From IMG/VR virus record IMGVR_UViG_3300017917_002116, positions 51,421 through 115,420 of that record: a DNA stretch of 64,000 nt; one strand, 5' to 3'. Both the position numbers and the translations under genes were made by a program. Under the pieces are notes generated by a model. The model worked only from the letters and a program-made list of their open reading frames with translations. It ran no database searches and was not told where the DNA came from. Numbering within the stretch: the first letter of the stretch is position 1; every line of letters starts with the position of its first letter. Source of the stretch: a virus. This document shows positions 1 through 11,400 of the stretch, in pieces.

Positions 1-85
1 TGGGTGAATTGGCAAAGTCTTTGGGAGAAGACAATACCAAAACCCAATAGGATTTCAGTAGAAATCCCCTAATGAGGATAAAAAA

Positions 86-3000
86 ATGCCTTTAATTAAA
101 GCCAGATCAAGTTCTATTCAAGACGACGTTGCACTGCGCGGCCAACCTACATCGCCAACAGCTATGCAAAACGTTAATACAACTCAGATTGCCAGTACTG
201 CGTATGTTCGTACTGCAATTGCAGATTTGATCGACTCTAGTCCAGCACTATTAGATACATTAAATGAATTAGCTGCTGCCCTAGGTAATGATGCAAATTT
301 TGCCACCACCGTTGCTAATGATATCGCCACCAAGGTATCAAAAGCTGGTGACACAATGACAGGCCCACTAGTTTTAAGTGGTGCACCTATACAAAACTTA
401 CACGCTGCTACTAAAAAGTACGTTGATGATGCCATCAACGCACAGATGATTTATAGTACAGACGACGTTAACGAAGGTAGTTTAAATTTATACTACACAG
501 ACACTCGTGTGCGTGCAGCGGTAAGTTTATCTAGTGATAATACTAGCGTATTAGACTATGATTACACAACAGGCCAGTTCACATATAGCCATCCAAACAG
601 TGACGGTATTTTAGAAGGTTCAACAAACAAATATTATACAGACGCTCGTGTTAGAAACGCTGTTAGTTTAACAAGTGATGATGGCCAAATTCTTTCTTAT
701 AGTAGTTCTACCGGTGTGTTTACATTTACAACACCCGATACAGACAAAATTGTTGAAGGTAGCACAAACTTATATTTTACAACAGCCCGTGCCCGTAATA
801 GCGTAAGCAATGGTTCAAACATTGATTATGATAGCTCAACTGGTATCATCAGTACACAGGCTGCTGTTTGGAGCGTTAACGGTCAAAACCACACTGTTGT
901 ATTAGATACAGATGACATCAGCGAAGGCAGTGCTAATTTATATTTTACCAACGCACGCGGCCGCAGTTCCGTAAGTCTAACAACTGACAACAGCAACATT
1001 CTAAGCTACAGCAGTGGTACTGGTGTATTCACATGGACAACACCTGATACAGATGCTATCAGTGAAGGTAGCACAAATCTATATTTTACAAACGCTCGTG
1101 CTCGCTCAGCAATTAGTGTAAGTTCCAGCTGGAACAACATTAGCTATGATAATTCCTCTGGTGTCATCACAGTAAACGCACCAAATACAGACGATGTTAC
1201 TGAAGGTAGTACAAACAAGTATTACACAGATGCAAGAGCTCGTAATGCTGTAAGTCTATCATCTGATAATGCCAGCGTTTTAGACTATGACAATACAACT
1301 GGTGTATTCACATTTACACTGGGCAATCAGACAACTGATGACGTTGCTGAAGGTACTAATAACTTATATTTTACTACAGCCCGTGCACGTCAGAGCATTA
1401 GTACAAGTGGTTGGGGTAACCTAAGTTACAATAGTTCTACAGGTATTATTGATATCACAGCACCTAGCACAGATGATGTCAGTGAAGGTTCTAACCTATA
1501 TTTCACAACTACAAGAGCACGTAACTCTGTAAGTGCTAATGATGCAGGTGGTGATGGTAGCTTCAGCTATGATAGCGCAACTGGTACATTCACATATACT
1601 GGTCCTAGTGCATCAGAAGCTCGTGCACATTTTGGTGCCACACAATTAGGTGGTGATGGTAGCTTTAGTTATGACAGTACAACTGGTGTATTCACTTATG
1701 ATGGCCCAACTAATGCAGATTACCGTCAGGCTGTAAGTGCCAACGCTAACAGTGGCGACGGCAATTTACAATACGACAGTACAACTGGTGTATTCACTTA
1801 TGATGGTCCAACTAATGCAGACTATCGTGGTGCAATCAGTGCAACAAAAGTCAGCGGAGATGGCGACATTTCTTATAGCACAGTTACTGGTGTAATCAGC
1901 TACACAGGACCAAGTGCTAGTGAAACTCGCGCTCACTTCAGTGCTACTACAAGTGGTACAGGTTTCGGTGGCCTAACATATGATAGTGCAACCGGTGTTT
2001 TCACATATGCCAAAGTTACCGCCAGCGACGTTCGCGGTAACCTAAGTGCTACAACAGCAACTGGTGCTCAATATGACAGCTCAACTGGCGTATTCAGCTT
2101 ATCAGGAATTCCTAACAGCAGCCTAACAAACAGCGACATCACTGTTAACGGTTATACTACTGCTTTAGGCTCTAGCGTAACACTAGATACCGATGATGTA
2201 TCAGAAGGTTCAAATAACCTATACTACACACAGGCTCGTTTTGACAGCGCATTAGCTGCCAAGACAACTGATGATGTATCAGAAGGTTCAAATAACCTAT
2301 ACTACACACAGGCTCGTTTTGACAGTGCATTTGCTGCCAAAGACACAGGTGATCTAGCTGAAGATCCAAACGCAACAGTAACAAGCGGTACAATGTACTT
2401 TACACAAAGTCGCGCTCGTAACACACTAAGTGGTGGTACTGGTGTAACATATACAGCCGCAACTGGTGTTATTGAGATTGGTCAGGCAGTTGGTACAACT
2501 GACAACGTTACATTCAACGATGTAACAGTTGCAGGTGACTTAACAGTTCAAGGTACAATGACTGCTATCCAGTCAACTACTGTTGAAATTAACGATTTGA
2601 ACCTAACATTGGCTAAAGGTAGTGCTAATGCCGCTCAAGCTAACGGTGCAGGTTTAACAGTTGACGGTGCCGGTGCTACCATCACTTATGCAAGTGGTAC
2701 AGATAGCTGGGACTTCAATAAAGATGTAAATGTTAATGGTGACTTTGCAACAACAGGTAGCTTGACAGCCGCTAGCTTTACTGGTCCTCTAACCGGTGAT
2801 GTAACTGGTAACGTAACTGGTAACGTAACTGGTAACGTAACAGGCAACATAACAAGTTCAGGTACTAGCACATTTGCTACGGTTGACATCAATGGTGGTA
2901 ACATCGATGGTACAACAATTGGTGGTGCAACTCCTGCCGCTATAACAGGTACAACTGTAACAGCTACAACAGGCTTTACAGGCGACCTAACTGGTAATGT

Positions 3001-4927
3001 AACTGGTAATGTAACTGGTGACCTAACTGGTAATGTAACTGGTAATGTAACTGGTGACCTAACTGGTAATGTAACTGGTCAAGTTAGCGATCTAAGCAAT
3101 CACGATACAGATGATGTTGCTGAAGGCGTTACAAACCTATACTTTACAGATGCCCGTGCAAGAGCAGCAGTAAGTGCCAACGATGCAGGCGGTGATGGTA
3201 GCTTCAGTTATAATAGCACAACTGGTGTATTCACATATACTGGACCAAGCGCAAGCGAAACTCGCGCACATCTAAGTGCCACAACAAGTGGTACTGGTCA
3301 TGGTAACCTAACATACGATAACACAACTGGTGTATTCACATATGCTAAAGTTACAGCGTCTGACGTACGCGGTGACTTGGGTGCTAATAAATCAGGCGGT
3401 GACGGTAACTTCAGTTATGACAGTGCAACTGGTGTGTTCACATACACTGGTCCTGACTTCAATGACTATCGTCAGGCTGTAAGTGCTAATGATGCAGGTG
3501 GTGATGGTAGCTTCAGCTATGACAGTTCAACCGGTACATTCACATATACCGGACCAAGCGCAAGCGAAACTCGCGCTCACTTCAGTGCAACAAGCAACAC
3601 AGGTATCACATACGACAGCTCAACTGGCGTATTTGCTCTATCTAATATTCCTAATAGCAGTCTAAGCAATGATAGTATCACCATTAACGGTGCAACTATT
3701 GCTCTTGGTGGTAGTGATACCCTAGATACCGATGACATCGGTGAAGGTACAACAAACCTATACTTCTTGAACAGTCGTGCTAGAAATGCAGTTAGTTTGA
3801 CAACAAACAACTCTACAGTTCTAGACTATGACAATACAACTGGTGTGTTTACATTTGATCTAGGTAATTCCACTACAGATGATATCGCTGAAGGTGCTAC
3901 AAACCTATATTTTACAGATGCTCGTGCACGTAACAGTATCAGCGTAAGCGGTTGGGGCAATTTAAGCTACAACAGCACATCTGGTGTTATTACTATTAGT
4001 GCACCAAGTACAGATGATGTGTCTGAAGGCACAAACTTATACTTTACACAGGCCCGCGCTCGTCAGAGTGTAAGTTTAACCAGTGATAACCAAGGCGTAT
4101 TGTCTTATGACAATTCTACTGGTACATTCACGTTCAGTCTATCAAGTAGTACAACTGATGATGTCGCTGAAGGTAGCACAAACTTATACTTCACTACCGC
4201 TCGCGCACGTAATAGTATAAGCAACGGCTCAAATATCAACTACGATAGTTCAACTGGTATTATTAGCACACAGGCAGCAGTCTGGAGTGTTAACGGTCAA
4301 AACCACACAGTTGTACTAGATACAGATGACATCAGCGAAGGCAGTACAAATCTATACTTCACTGATGCCCGTGCTCGTAGTGCTATCACTCTAAATACAG
4401 ATAATAGCAATATTCTGGATTACGATACAGGTACTGGTGTATTTGATTTTGTAACGCCAACAACTGACGCAATCAGTGAAGGTTCAACTAACCTATACTA
4501 CACAAATGCTCGTGCAGATGCCCGTATAGCAGCGGCAAGTATCCGTGATTTAAGTGATGTCAATAAGACAGAATCTTTACAAGACGGTTATACACTAGTT
4601 TGGTCTAGTGCTTTAGGCGAATTCGTTCCACAGAACGTTGCTGTAACAGCTACTACATTGAACTTTACTGGTGACGGTACAACAGATACTTTCAGTACTG
4701 GCGTTGAAGTTACTAGTATTGATAACACTCAAGTGTATATCAACGGTTTAATTCAGGCACCTACATACTCTTACACACTTAGCACAACTAATAATGTAAC
4801 AAGTATCGTGTTTGACGTCGCTCCAGAAACCAACGACTACATTTTCGTTCGTGTAACTGCTACAAGTAGTTTAACTGCTGGTGGTATTCTAAACGAAAAC
4901 AGTACTGTTGACGGTGGTACATTCTAA
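86..4927 (+). CDS. Long repeat-rich tail fibre / virion adhesin (1613 aa)
   Basis: T/S/G/D-rich. Many TDD(V/I)xEGxxNLY(F/Y)TxARAR and SYDSxTGVFTY repeats, GNVT repeats, and an N-terminal fibre motif (TQIASTAYV...LDTLNELAAALGND). SD GAGGA upstream. Confidence 0.85.
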   Translation: MPLIKARSSSIQDDVALRGQPTSPTAMQNVNTTQIASTAYVRTAIADLIDSSPALLDTLNELAAALGNDANFATTVANDIATKVSKAGDTMTGPLVLSGAPIQNLHAATKKYVDDAINAQMIYSTDDVNEGSLNLYYTDTRVRAAVSLSSDNTSVLDYDYTTGQFTYSHPNSDGILEGSTNKYYTDARVRNAVSLTSDDGQILSYSSSTGVFTFTTPDTDKIVEGSTNLYFTTARARNSVSNGSNIDYDSSTGIISTQAAVWSVNGQNHTVVLDTDDISEGSANLYFTNARGRSSVSLTTDNSNILSYSSGTGVFTWTTPDTDAISEGSTNLYFTNARARSAISVSSSWNNISYDNSSGVITVNAPNTDDVTEGSTNKYYTDARARNAVSLSSDNASVLDYDNTTGVFTFTLGNQTTDDVAEGTNNLYFTTARARQSISTSGWGNLSYNSSTGIIDITAPSTDDVSEGSNLYFTTTRARNSVSANDAGGDGSFSYDSATGTFTYTGPSASEARAHFGATQLGGDGSFSYDSTTGVFTYDGPTNADYRQAVSANANSGDGNLQYDSTTGVFTYDGPTNADYRGAISATKVSGDGDISYSTVTGVISYTGPSASETRAHFSATTSGTGFGGLTYDSATGVFTYAKVTASDVRGNLSATTATGAQYDSSTGVFSLSGIPNSSLTNSDITVNGYTTALGSSVTLDTDDVSEGSNNLYYTQARFDSALAAKTTDDVSEGSNNLYYTQARFDSAFAAKDTGDLAEDPNATVTSGTMYFTQSRARNTLSGGTGVTYTAATGVIEIGQAVGTTDNVTFNDVTVAGDLTVQGTMTAIQSTTVEINDLNLTLAKGSANAAQANGAGLTVDGAGATITYASGTDSWDFNKDVNVNGDFATTGSLTAASFTGPLTGDVTGNVTGNVTGNVTGNITSSGTSTFATVDINGGNIDGTTIGGATPAAITGTTVTATTGFTGDLTGNVTGNVTGDLTGNVTGNVTGDLTGNVTGQVSDLSNHDTDDVAEGVTNLYFTDARARAAVSANDAGGDGSFSYNSTTGVFTYTGPSASETRAHLSATTSGTGHGNLTYDNTTGVFTYAKVTASDVRGDLGANKSGGDGNFSYDSATGVFTYTGPDFNDYRQAVSANDAGGDGSFSYDSSTGTFTYTGPSASETRAHFSATSNTGITYDSSTGVFALSNIPNSSLSNDSITINGATIALGGSDTLDTDDIGEGTTNLYFLNSRARNAVSLTTNNSTVLDYDNTTGVFTFDLGNSTTDDIAEGATNLYFTDARARNSISVSGWGNLSYNSTSGVITISAPSTDDVSEGTNLYFTQARARQSVSLTSDNQGVLSYDNSTGTFTFSLSSSTTDDVAEGSTNLYFTTARARNSISNGSNINYDSSTGIISTQAAVWSVNGQNHTVVLDTDDISEGSTNLYFTDARARSAITLNTDNSNILDYDTGTGVFDFVTPTTDAISEGSTNLYYTNARADARIAAASIRDLSDVNKTESLQDGYTLVWSSALGEFVPQNVAVTATTLNFTGDGTTDTFSTGVEVTSIDNTQVYINGLIQAPTYSYTLSTTNNVTSIVFDVAPETNDYIFVRVTATSSLTAGGILNENSTVDGGTF
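2192..2340 (+). repeat. 78-nt tandem duplication within the fibre gene
   Basis: GATGATGTATCAGAAGGTTCAAATAACCTATACTACACACAGGCTCGTTTTGACAG occurs identically at 2192 and 2270. Confidence 0.95.
2791..3079 (+). repeat. Two arrays of 12-nt tandem repeats encoding GNVT/GDLT
   Basis: (GTAACTGGTAAC)n at about 2801-2840; (AACTGGTAATGT/AACTGGTGACCT)n at about 2985-3079. Confidence 0.9.
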
Positions 4928-4953
4928 TTAAGAAATTGGTTAGAAAATACTAG

Positions 4954-4987
4954 GAAAAGGTGCAGAAATGCACCTTTTCTTATTTTT
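4954..4987 (+). terminator. Rho-independent terminator
   Basis: GAAAAGGTGCA-GAAA-TGCACCTTTTC followed by a T-rich tail. Confidence 0.85.
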
Positions 4988-4994
4988 GATTTCG

Positions 4995-5002
4995 TATAAA
5001 TA
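4995..5002 (+). promoter_or_regulatory. T4-type late promoter TATAAATA
   Basis: Exact T4 gp55 consensus, 20 nt upstream of a fibre gene. Variants (GATAAATA/GTAAATA) precede most structural genes. Confidence 0.8.
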
Positions 5003-5022
5003 TACGATAATGGATCTAAAAT

Positions 5023-6834
5023 ATGCCACTTTTTAGAGGTAAAAATTTCGTCAGTGCGGTATCTGATTATAAAGACAGCGTCAGAGTAGCAACGAGGTCA
5101 AATGTAAATTTGGCCGCGACCGTTACCACAGTTGATGGTGTGAATCTTGCCGATAAAGACAGGGTATTATTGGTTGGTCAAACAAATCTAACACAAAATG
5201 GCATCTACGCATGGTCAATATCAGACAGCAGATTAGCAAGAGCCACTGATTCCGACAGTATTTTTGAATTAAGTCCCGGTAACAAGGTCTATGTAGAAGA
5301 AGGCAATAGCCACGCCAAAACCACCTGGACATTGATCACTCAGGGTGTAATCACACCTGGCATCAGTAATTTGGTTTTCGCCAAGGAAACCAGAATTAGT
5401 ACTTCAGAAATTAGTGGTACCTATGGTAGTGCAACAAAAACACTTCAAATTACAGTTGATGAAACCGGCCAAATCAATGCAGTAACGGAATACACAATCG
5501 ATGGATTGCCCAGTCAAACTGGCAATACTGGAAAGTATTTAAAAACAAACGGATCAACGGCTAGCTGGGATACAATATCAACTACATTGGCAGGATTATC
5601 AGATGTAGATGTAACTGGCGTCGCCGACAATTATATTTTAATTTATAACGATGCTACAGATACTTGGGTAGCAGGCCAAGGTGTGGCAGATGGTACGGTT
5701 GTTGATGGCGGTAATTTGGATGGTCCTAGTGGCAATTCCGGTGTTACTGCGGTAACTGAAACGCATAGTATCGATGACCTAAGTGATGTTGACACTACCA
5801 CAACAGCACCAACCAATGGTCAGGCCCTTGTTTGGAATAGCACAAGTAGTAAATGGTTACCAGGTACCATATCTGCAGGCGGCGGAGGTGGAATTAGCCT
5901 GACTGATTTAAGTGTCACTGTAAATTCTGCAGGGTCTTCCACACTAAGTTATAATAATTCAACTGGCGTGTTCACGTTTACTCCGCCGGATTTGTCTTGG
6001 TCAAATATTACAAGCAAACCTACATTTGCCACAGTGGCAACTAGTGGCAGTTATACTGATTTAACTAACAAGCCAACTATACCAACAGTTCCAACCACAG
6101 TAAGTTCATTTACAAATGATGCTGGATATTTGACCAGTGTTGGTTCAATTAGCTATAACGACCTAACAAATAAGCCAACATTGTTCTCGGGTGCGTATGC
6201 AGATTTAACCGGCAAGCCAACATTGTTCAGTGGTAGTTATACTGATCTAACAAGTAAACCAACTATACCAACAAAAGTAAGCGATTTAACAAATGATAGT
6301 GGTTTTATTACCGGAGTAAGTTGGACGCAAGTAACCAGTAAACCCACATTTGCCACAGTGGCAACTAGTGGCAGTTATAATGACTTAACAAGTAAACCAA
6401 CAATACCAACAAATGTCAGTGATTTAACAAATGATTCAGGATTTGTTACTACGTCAGGAGCAAGAAGTGCAATTAGTGTTAGTGGTAGTCTAAGTTATAA
6501 TAATTCTACCGGTGTTATTAGTTATACTCAACCAAATCCTTACTTGACTTGGGAAATAGTTACATCGAATACTACCTGTGTAGCAGGTAAAGGGTATTTT
6601 GTTGATACCTCATCCAGTGCAGTAACAATGACATTACCTGTGTCAGCGACATTGGGTGACACTATAAGATTTAATGATTTAGCAGGAACATTTGCTACAA
6701 ACAATTTAACTGTATCTAGAAATGGACATAAAATACAAGGACAAACAGACAATTTAGTAGTAACAACAAATCAATCGAGTTTTGGTTTGGTATACAGTAA
6801 TGCCACATACGGCTGGAAGATAATGGAGTTATAA
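5023..6834 (+). CDS. Tail fibre-like structural protein
   Basis: N-terminal KDSVRVAT...DRVLLVGQT..QNGIY fibre domain, SYxDLTNKPT repeats, and a C-terminal gp34-like repeat (YFVDTSSSAVTMTLP...GDTIRFND). Confidence 0.8.
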   Translation: MPLFRGKNFVSAVSDYKDSVRVATRSNVNLAATVTTVDGVNLADKDRVLLVGQTNLTQNGIYAWSISDSRLARATDSDSIFELSPGNKVYVEEGNSHAKTTWTLITQGVITPGISNLVFAKETRISTSEISGTYGSATKTLQITVDETGQINAVTEYTIDGLPSQTGNTGKYLKTNGSTASWDTISTTLAGLSDVDVTGVADNYILIYNDATDTWVAGQGVADGTVVDGGNLDGPSGNSGVTAVTETHSIDDLSDVDTTTTAPTNGQALVWNSTSSKWLPGTISAGGGGGISLTDLSVTVNSAGSSTLSYNNSTGVFTFTPPDLSWSNITSKPTFATVATSGSYTDLTNKPTIPTVPTTVSSFTNDAGYLTSVGSISYNDLTNKPTLFSGAYADLTGKPTLFSGSYTDLTSKPTIPTKVSDLTNDSGFITGVSWTQVTSKPTFATVATSGSYNDLTSKPTIPTNVSDLTNDSGFVTTSGARSAISVSGSLSYNNSTGVISYTQPNPYLTWEIVTSNTTCVAGKGYFVDTSSSAVTMTLPVSATLGDTIRFNDLAGTFATNNLTVSRNGHKIQGQTDNLVVTTNQSSFGLVYSNATYGWKIMEL

Positions 6835-7979
6835 TGCCATTAGATTTAGGAAATATAAAAAGCGCCAATACAATACCCGCAGACAGTTCAGTATCATCTA
6901 ATAAACTAGCCTCTGGTGCAGTAACCTTGGATAAATTAGGAACCGACGCGGTAATTCCAAGAATTTCTACAATAGAAGTAACAGATAGTAGTTGGACAGT
7001 TTTAGATGATACCGCAGTAGACACCTCCGGTGGATATATCAAAATTACGGGTTCGGGATTTTTAACTGGTTGCAATGTTGTTATTGGCACTACAACAGCA
7101 ACTTCGGTTACTGTGGTTAACAGCACTACTTTGAGAGTTCAAGTGCCTGCGCTGTCAGCAGCCACTTATAATGTTTATGCTGTTAACACCGACGGAGGTA
7201 CAGGAACAAAAATTAACGGATTAACTTATAGTGCATTACCTTCTTGGGTAACATCTAGCAGTCTTTCAGCAACATCCGGAGTTGCATTTAGTACACAATT
7301 AAGTGCTACAGAAGCAACTAGTTATGCGTTAGTTAGTGGTTCTTCCTTACCCACCGGGGCAACATTAACATCGGGTGGATTACTAAGTGGTACTATTACG
7401 GTGGCTAATCCAACCACATATAATTTTACTATCAATGCTGTTGATGCTCAAAATCAAGATAGTCAGCGAGCATTTTCCTTAGCAGTTAGTACATTGGCTG
7501 GAATACGTTGTAGATATATGCGTATTGTTCAGACTAGCACTGCTTATGGAAACCATACGGTATGGCAACTTATAGTTAAAGGTAATACAGATGCTAATGG
7601 TACACAACGTTTCTTATTTAATGATAGTGCAATCCGTTCAGCAATTACTGCACCTGCTGCTAGTTGGGGCAACGGCTTTGCACAAATAGACGGAAGCACA
7701 GGCGCTTTCCAAACTTATTTCAGAAATACTGCTGGCCTTGCTTCTGGGGGATACTATTACTATATTTCAGATGCCAACGCTAATATAAGTTATACATTTG
7801 ATTTTACTACAGCCTTTCCTACTATTTGTGAAGTGTGGATTTCTGGGGTCGCGACCAACGGATATACTTATTATAATAACGGATACGTTCAATTTAGTTT
7901 AAATGGTACTACTTGGTCTAATAATTACGCTCTTACCGGTGCTAATGCGTATAACGATATTCCGCCAGTGGTGCTTTGA
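6834..7979 (+). CDS. Virion protein with IPT/TIG and Ig-like domains and a variable C-terminal beta domain
   Basis: GGYIKITGSGF...VVNSTTLRVQVP..YNVYAVNTDG (IPT) and GSSLPTGATLTSGGLLSGT..YNFTINAVD (He_PIG-like). Confidence 0.75.
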   Translation: MPLDLGNIKSANTIPADSSVSSNKLASGAVTLDKLGTDAVIPRISTIEVTDSSWTVLDDTAVDTSGGYIKITGSGFLTGCNVVIGTTTATSVTVVNSTTLRVQVPALSAATYNVYAVNTDGGTGTKINGLTYSALPSWVTSSSLSATSGVAFSTQLSATEATSYALVSGSSLPTGATLTSGGLLSGTITVANPTTYNFTINAVDAQNQDSQRAFSLAVSTLAGIRCRYMRIVQTSTAYGNHTVWQLIVKGNTDANGTQRFLFNDSAIRSAITAPAASWGNGFAQIDGSTGAFQTYFRNTAGLASGGYYYYISDANANISYTFDFTTAFPTICEVWISGVATNGYTYYNNGYVQFSLNGTTWSNNYALTGANAYNDIPPVVL

Positions 7980-8050
7980 TCATATAACCAATAGGTAAAT
8001 ATTCAATTATGATAAAAAGATTAAATTGTAAATAAGGAATAGAAAAAATA

Positions 8051-8297
8051 ATGTCGTTCCCATCAAGTCCTAGTAACGGTGATCAAGCAACAGTCGGTGG
8101 TATACTCTATCAGTATAGCAGCACTACAATATAGTATCAACACTAATTTACTTGGTACATTGACAACAAGTGCCCTGATAACTACATTTGTGCTGACAGT
8201 GGATAAAAGACTAACTATTTCAACATCTGACGCACTAATTGACCCGGCAGTTGTTAACCCCGAGCAGGCCTACCTGACAGACTCAACTTCTGGTTAA
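8051..8297 (+). pseudogene. Frameshifted or internally deleted virion-protein gene remnant
   Basis: ATG at 8051 with SD AAGGA and late promoter GTAAATA encodes MSFPSSPSNGDQATVGGILYQYSSTTI then TAG (8132). The open +1 frame continues to 8297. Confidence 0.55.
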
Positions 8298-8406
8298 AAC
8301 ACAGAACCTGGGTTATTTTAAAACAATAAAACCAAAGTTTGATAAATACTCTACAGAATAGTAGGAAACGATTGACCTATGACTTCAATAGGAGTATATA
8401 CTCAAA

Positions 8407-11400
8407 ATGGCCAATACAATCATTTTAAAGCGCAGTGCGACCCCTGGTAAGGTACCTACCACGGCTCAACTAGCACTGGGCGAAATTGCTATTAACACAC
8501 ATGACGGTTTAATCTACATCAAGAAAGACAATGGAACACCCAGCGTAGTTCAAATTGGTGGTGTAACCAGTGTTAACGGCGAAACCGGTGCAGTAACAAT
8601 AGACACCGGCGATATTACAGAAAACGGCAATTTGTTCTTTACAAATGCCAGAGCACGTAGCGCACTAAGCGCAGGAACAGGTATTAGCTACAATAGTGGC
8701 ACAGGTGCGATCAGTACATCACAAAACCTAAGCACAGCAGGTAGTCCAACATTTGCTGGCTTGACACTAACAGGTGGTATCAGTAGTATTGCAGGTAGCA
8801 TCATTCCTAGTGCTGACGTTACTTATGACCTAGGTAGCTCATCTAAGCAGTGGAAAGATATCTACGTTGGTCCAGGTTCTTTATACGTTAACGGTAGTAA
8901 AGTTCTTCAAGACGATACAGGCACAATTTCTTTCAGTGCTGACACAGACCAAAATATCCGTATTAAGACACTGGGTACAGGTATTCTACAGTTAGGTTCT
9001 AGCTCAACAATATTACAAGTTGACAGTACATTGCAAATTACCAGCGGTAAGAACATTACTGACAGTTCTGGTATCAAAGTTAATTTCGGTGATAACATCG
9101 AAATGAACGGTAACAAAGTTATCGGTCTTGGTGCCCCAAGTTCTGCTAACGATGCCGCCACAAAGACCTATGTGGACACACAAGTCGCTGCAATTAGCAC
9201 AAGCAGTATCAGTCAAGGTAACAGTAACGTTACAGTAACAGACACAGGTACTGGCACAGTAACAGTTACAGTTGACGGTAGCACAGCTCTTACAGTTGAT
9301 GCAACCGGTGTAACAGTTGCAGGTAACTTTACAGTTAGCGGTACTCAGACCGTTGTTAACTCAAACACAATTAACTTAGCTGACAACATTATTACATTGA
9401 ACAGCGACCATACTGGTGCCCCAAGTCAGAACGCTGGTATTTTAGTTGAGCGTGGCGATGAAGCAGACGTACAACTACGTTGGAACGAGGGTTCTGACAA
9501 GTGGACATTTACCAATGATGGAGCAGTATATTACCCAATGGCGGTAAGCACTACCGATCTAGCTGAAGGTACAAACTTATATTATACAGACACTCGCGCT
9601 CGTGGCGCAGTAAGTGCTACAAGTGCTACTGGTATTAGCTATAACAGCGCAACTGGCACATTCAGTTTAGGAAGTATTCCAAATAGTAGTTTGTCCAACA
9701 ACAGTATTACTATTAACGGCACATCTGTTGCTCTAGGTGGTACACGTACATTAGATACTGATGCAGTTAGTGAAGGTTCTACTAACTTATATCACACAAC
9801 AACTCGCGCACGTAGCGCAGTGAGTGCAGGCACAGGTATTAGTTATAACAGCACAACTGGTGTAATTAGTACAAGTGCTATTCCAAACGCAAGTTTGTCT
9901 AACAGCTCAGTGACTGTTGGTTCTACATCAATCAGCTTGGGTGCTAGCTCTACAACATTGGCTGGTTTAACGAGCGTTACATCTACCAGCTTTATTGGTG
10001 CACTAACTGGTAATGCTGATACAGCAACTAGCGCAGGTAAGTGGACAACTGGTCGCACAATCACTTTAGGTGGTGACTTAACAGGTAGCGTAAGTATTGA
10101 CGGTAGTGCAAACGTAACCCTAACAGCCACAGTGGCCGCCAACAGCGTTGCACTTGGTACAGATACAACTGGTAACTACATGAGCGATGTTACTGCTGGT
10201 ACAGGTATTAGCGTAAGCCACACAGCAGGTGAAGGCTCTACTGCTACAATCAGCATTGATACAGGTACAACAGTTGATAAGACAACTGCTCAAACATTGA
10301 CTAATAAGTCATTGAGCGACAGTACAACTTATTTTATTGATGAAACTGATGGTACTAAGAAACTACAGTTCCAGTTAAGTGGTATTACTACTGCAACAAC
10401 TCGTACATTAACAGTACCTGACGTAAGTGGTACAATTATCACAACTGGCGACACTGGTACAGTCACCAATGCAATGTTGGCAGGTTCTATTGCTAACGCA
10501 AAACTAGCTAACAGCACAATCAGCGGCAAGGCACTAGGTACAAACCTAGACGCATTGACAATTGGCACAGGCCTAAGCGGTACAAGCTATAACGGCAGTA
10601 GCGCAGTTACTATTGCTATTGACAGCACTGTTGCTACATTAACAGGTACACAGACACTAACCAATAAGACATTAGGTGCAACAACTATTTCAGGTCACTT
10701 GACTCCTTCTGTTGACGTGACTTACGACTTGGGTGATGCTACACATAGATTCCGTGATTTATACCTAAGTGGTTCTACAATTAAGTTGGGTTCTGCTACA
10801 ATCTCTGCAAGTGGTTCTGGTGTTGCGATGTCTAGCGTTGTATTGTCCGGTTCTACAAGTGGTACAGTAACATTGTCTGCACCTGCGGTTGCTGGAACAA
10901 CAGCAATTACAGTACCAGCAACAGCTGGCACATTGGTAACAACAGGTGACACTGGTACTGTTACCAACACAATGTTGGCAGGTAGCATTGCTAACGCAAA
11001 ATTAGCAAACTCAAGTGTAACAGTTGGTACAACTGCAATTTCATTAGGTTCTAGTTCAACTACACTAGCTGGTATGACTGGTATTACCTTCAGCGGTAGC
11101 ACTAGTGGTACAGCACAAATTGTTCCAGCCGCAGTAGCAGGTTCTGGCACAGTATTAACATTACCAGCCGCAACAGGTACATTGGCAACATTGGCCGGTA
11201 CTGAAACATTGACTAATAAGACAATTGCCGCAGGTAGCAATACAATTAGTGGTTTGACTAACAGTAACTTGAGTGGTACTGCTGGTATTACTAATGCTAA
11301 CTTAGCAAACAGCAGTGTAACAGTCACAGCTGGCACTGGCCTAAGCGGCGGTGGTTCAGTAGCACTAGGTAGTAGCGTAACATTAACTAACGCAGGTGTA

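Noticed and set aside
2791-3079. Short tandem repeats as a possible CRISPR array
   Set aside because: In-frame 12-nt coding repeats with no unique spacers and no cas genes.
7490-7979. Tyr/Asn-rich fibre tip as a DGR variable region
   Set aside because: No template repeat or reverse transcriptase seen in the window.
8132-8134. TAG as evidence of stop-codon reassignment
   Set aside because: An in-frame TAA follows within four codons, and all conserved genes are intact under the standard code.
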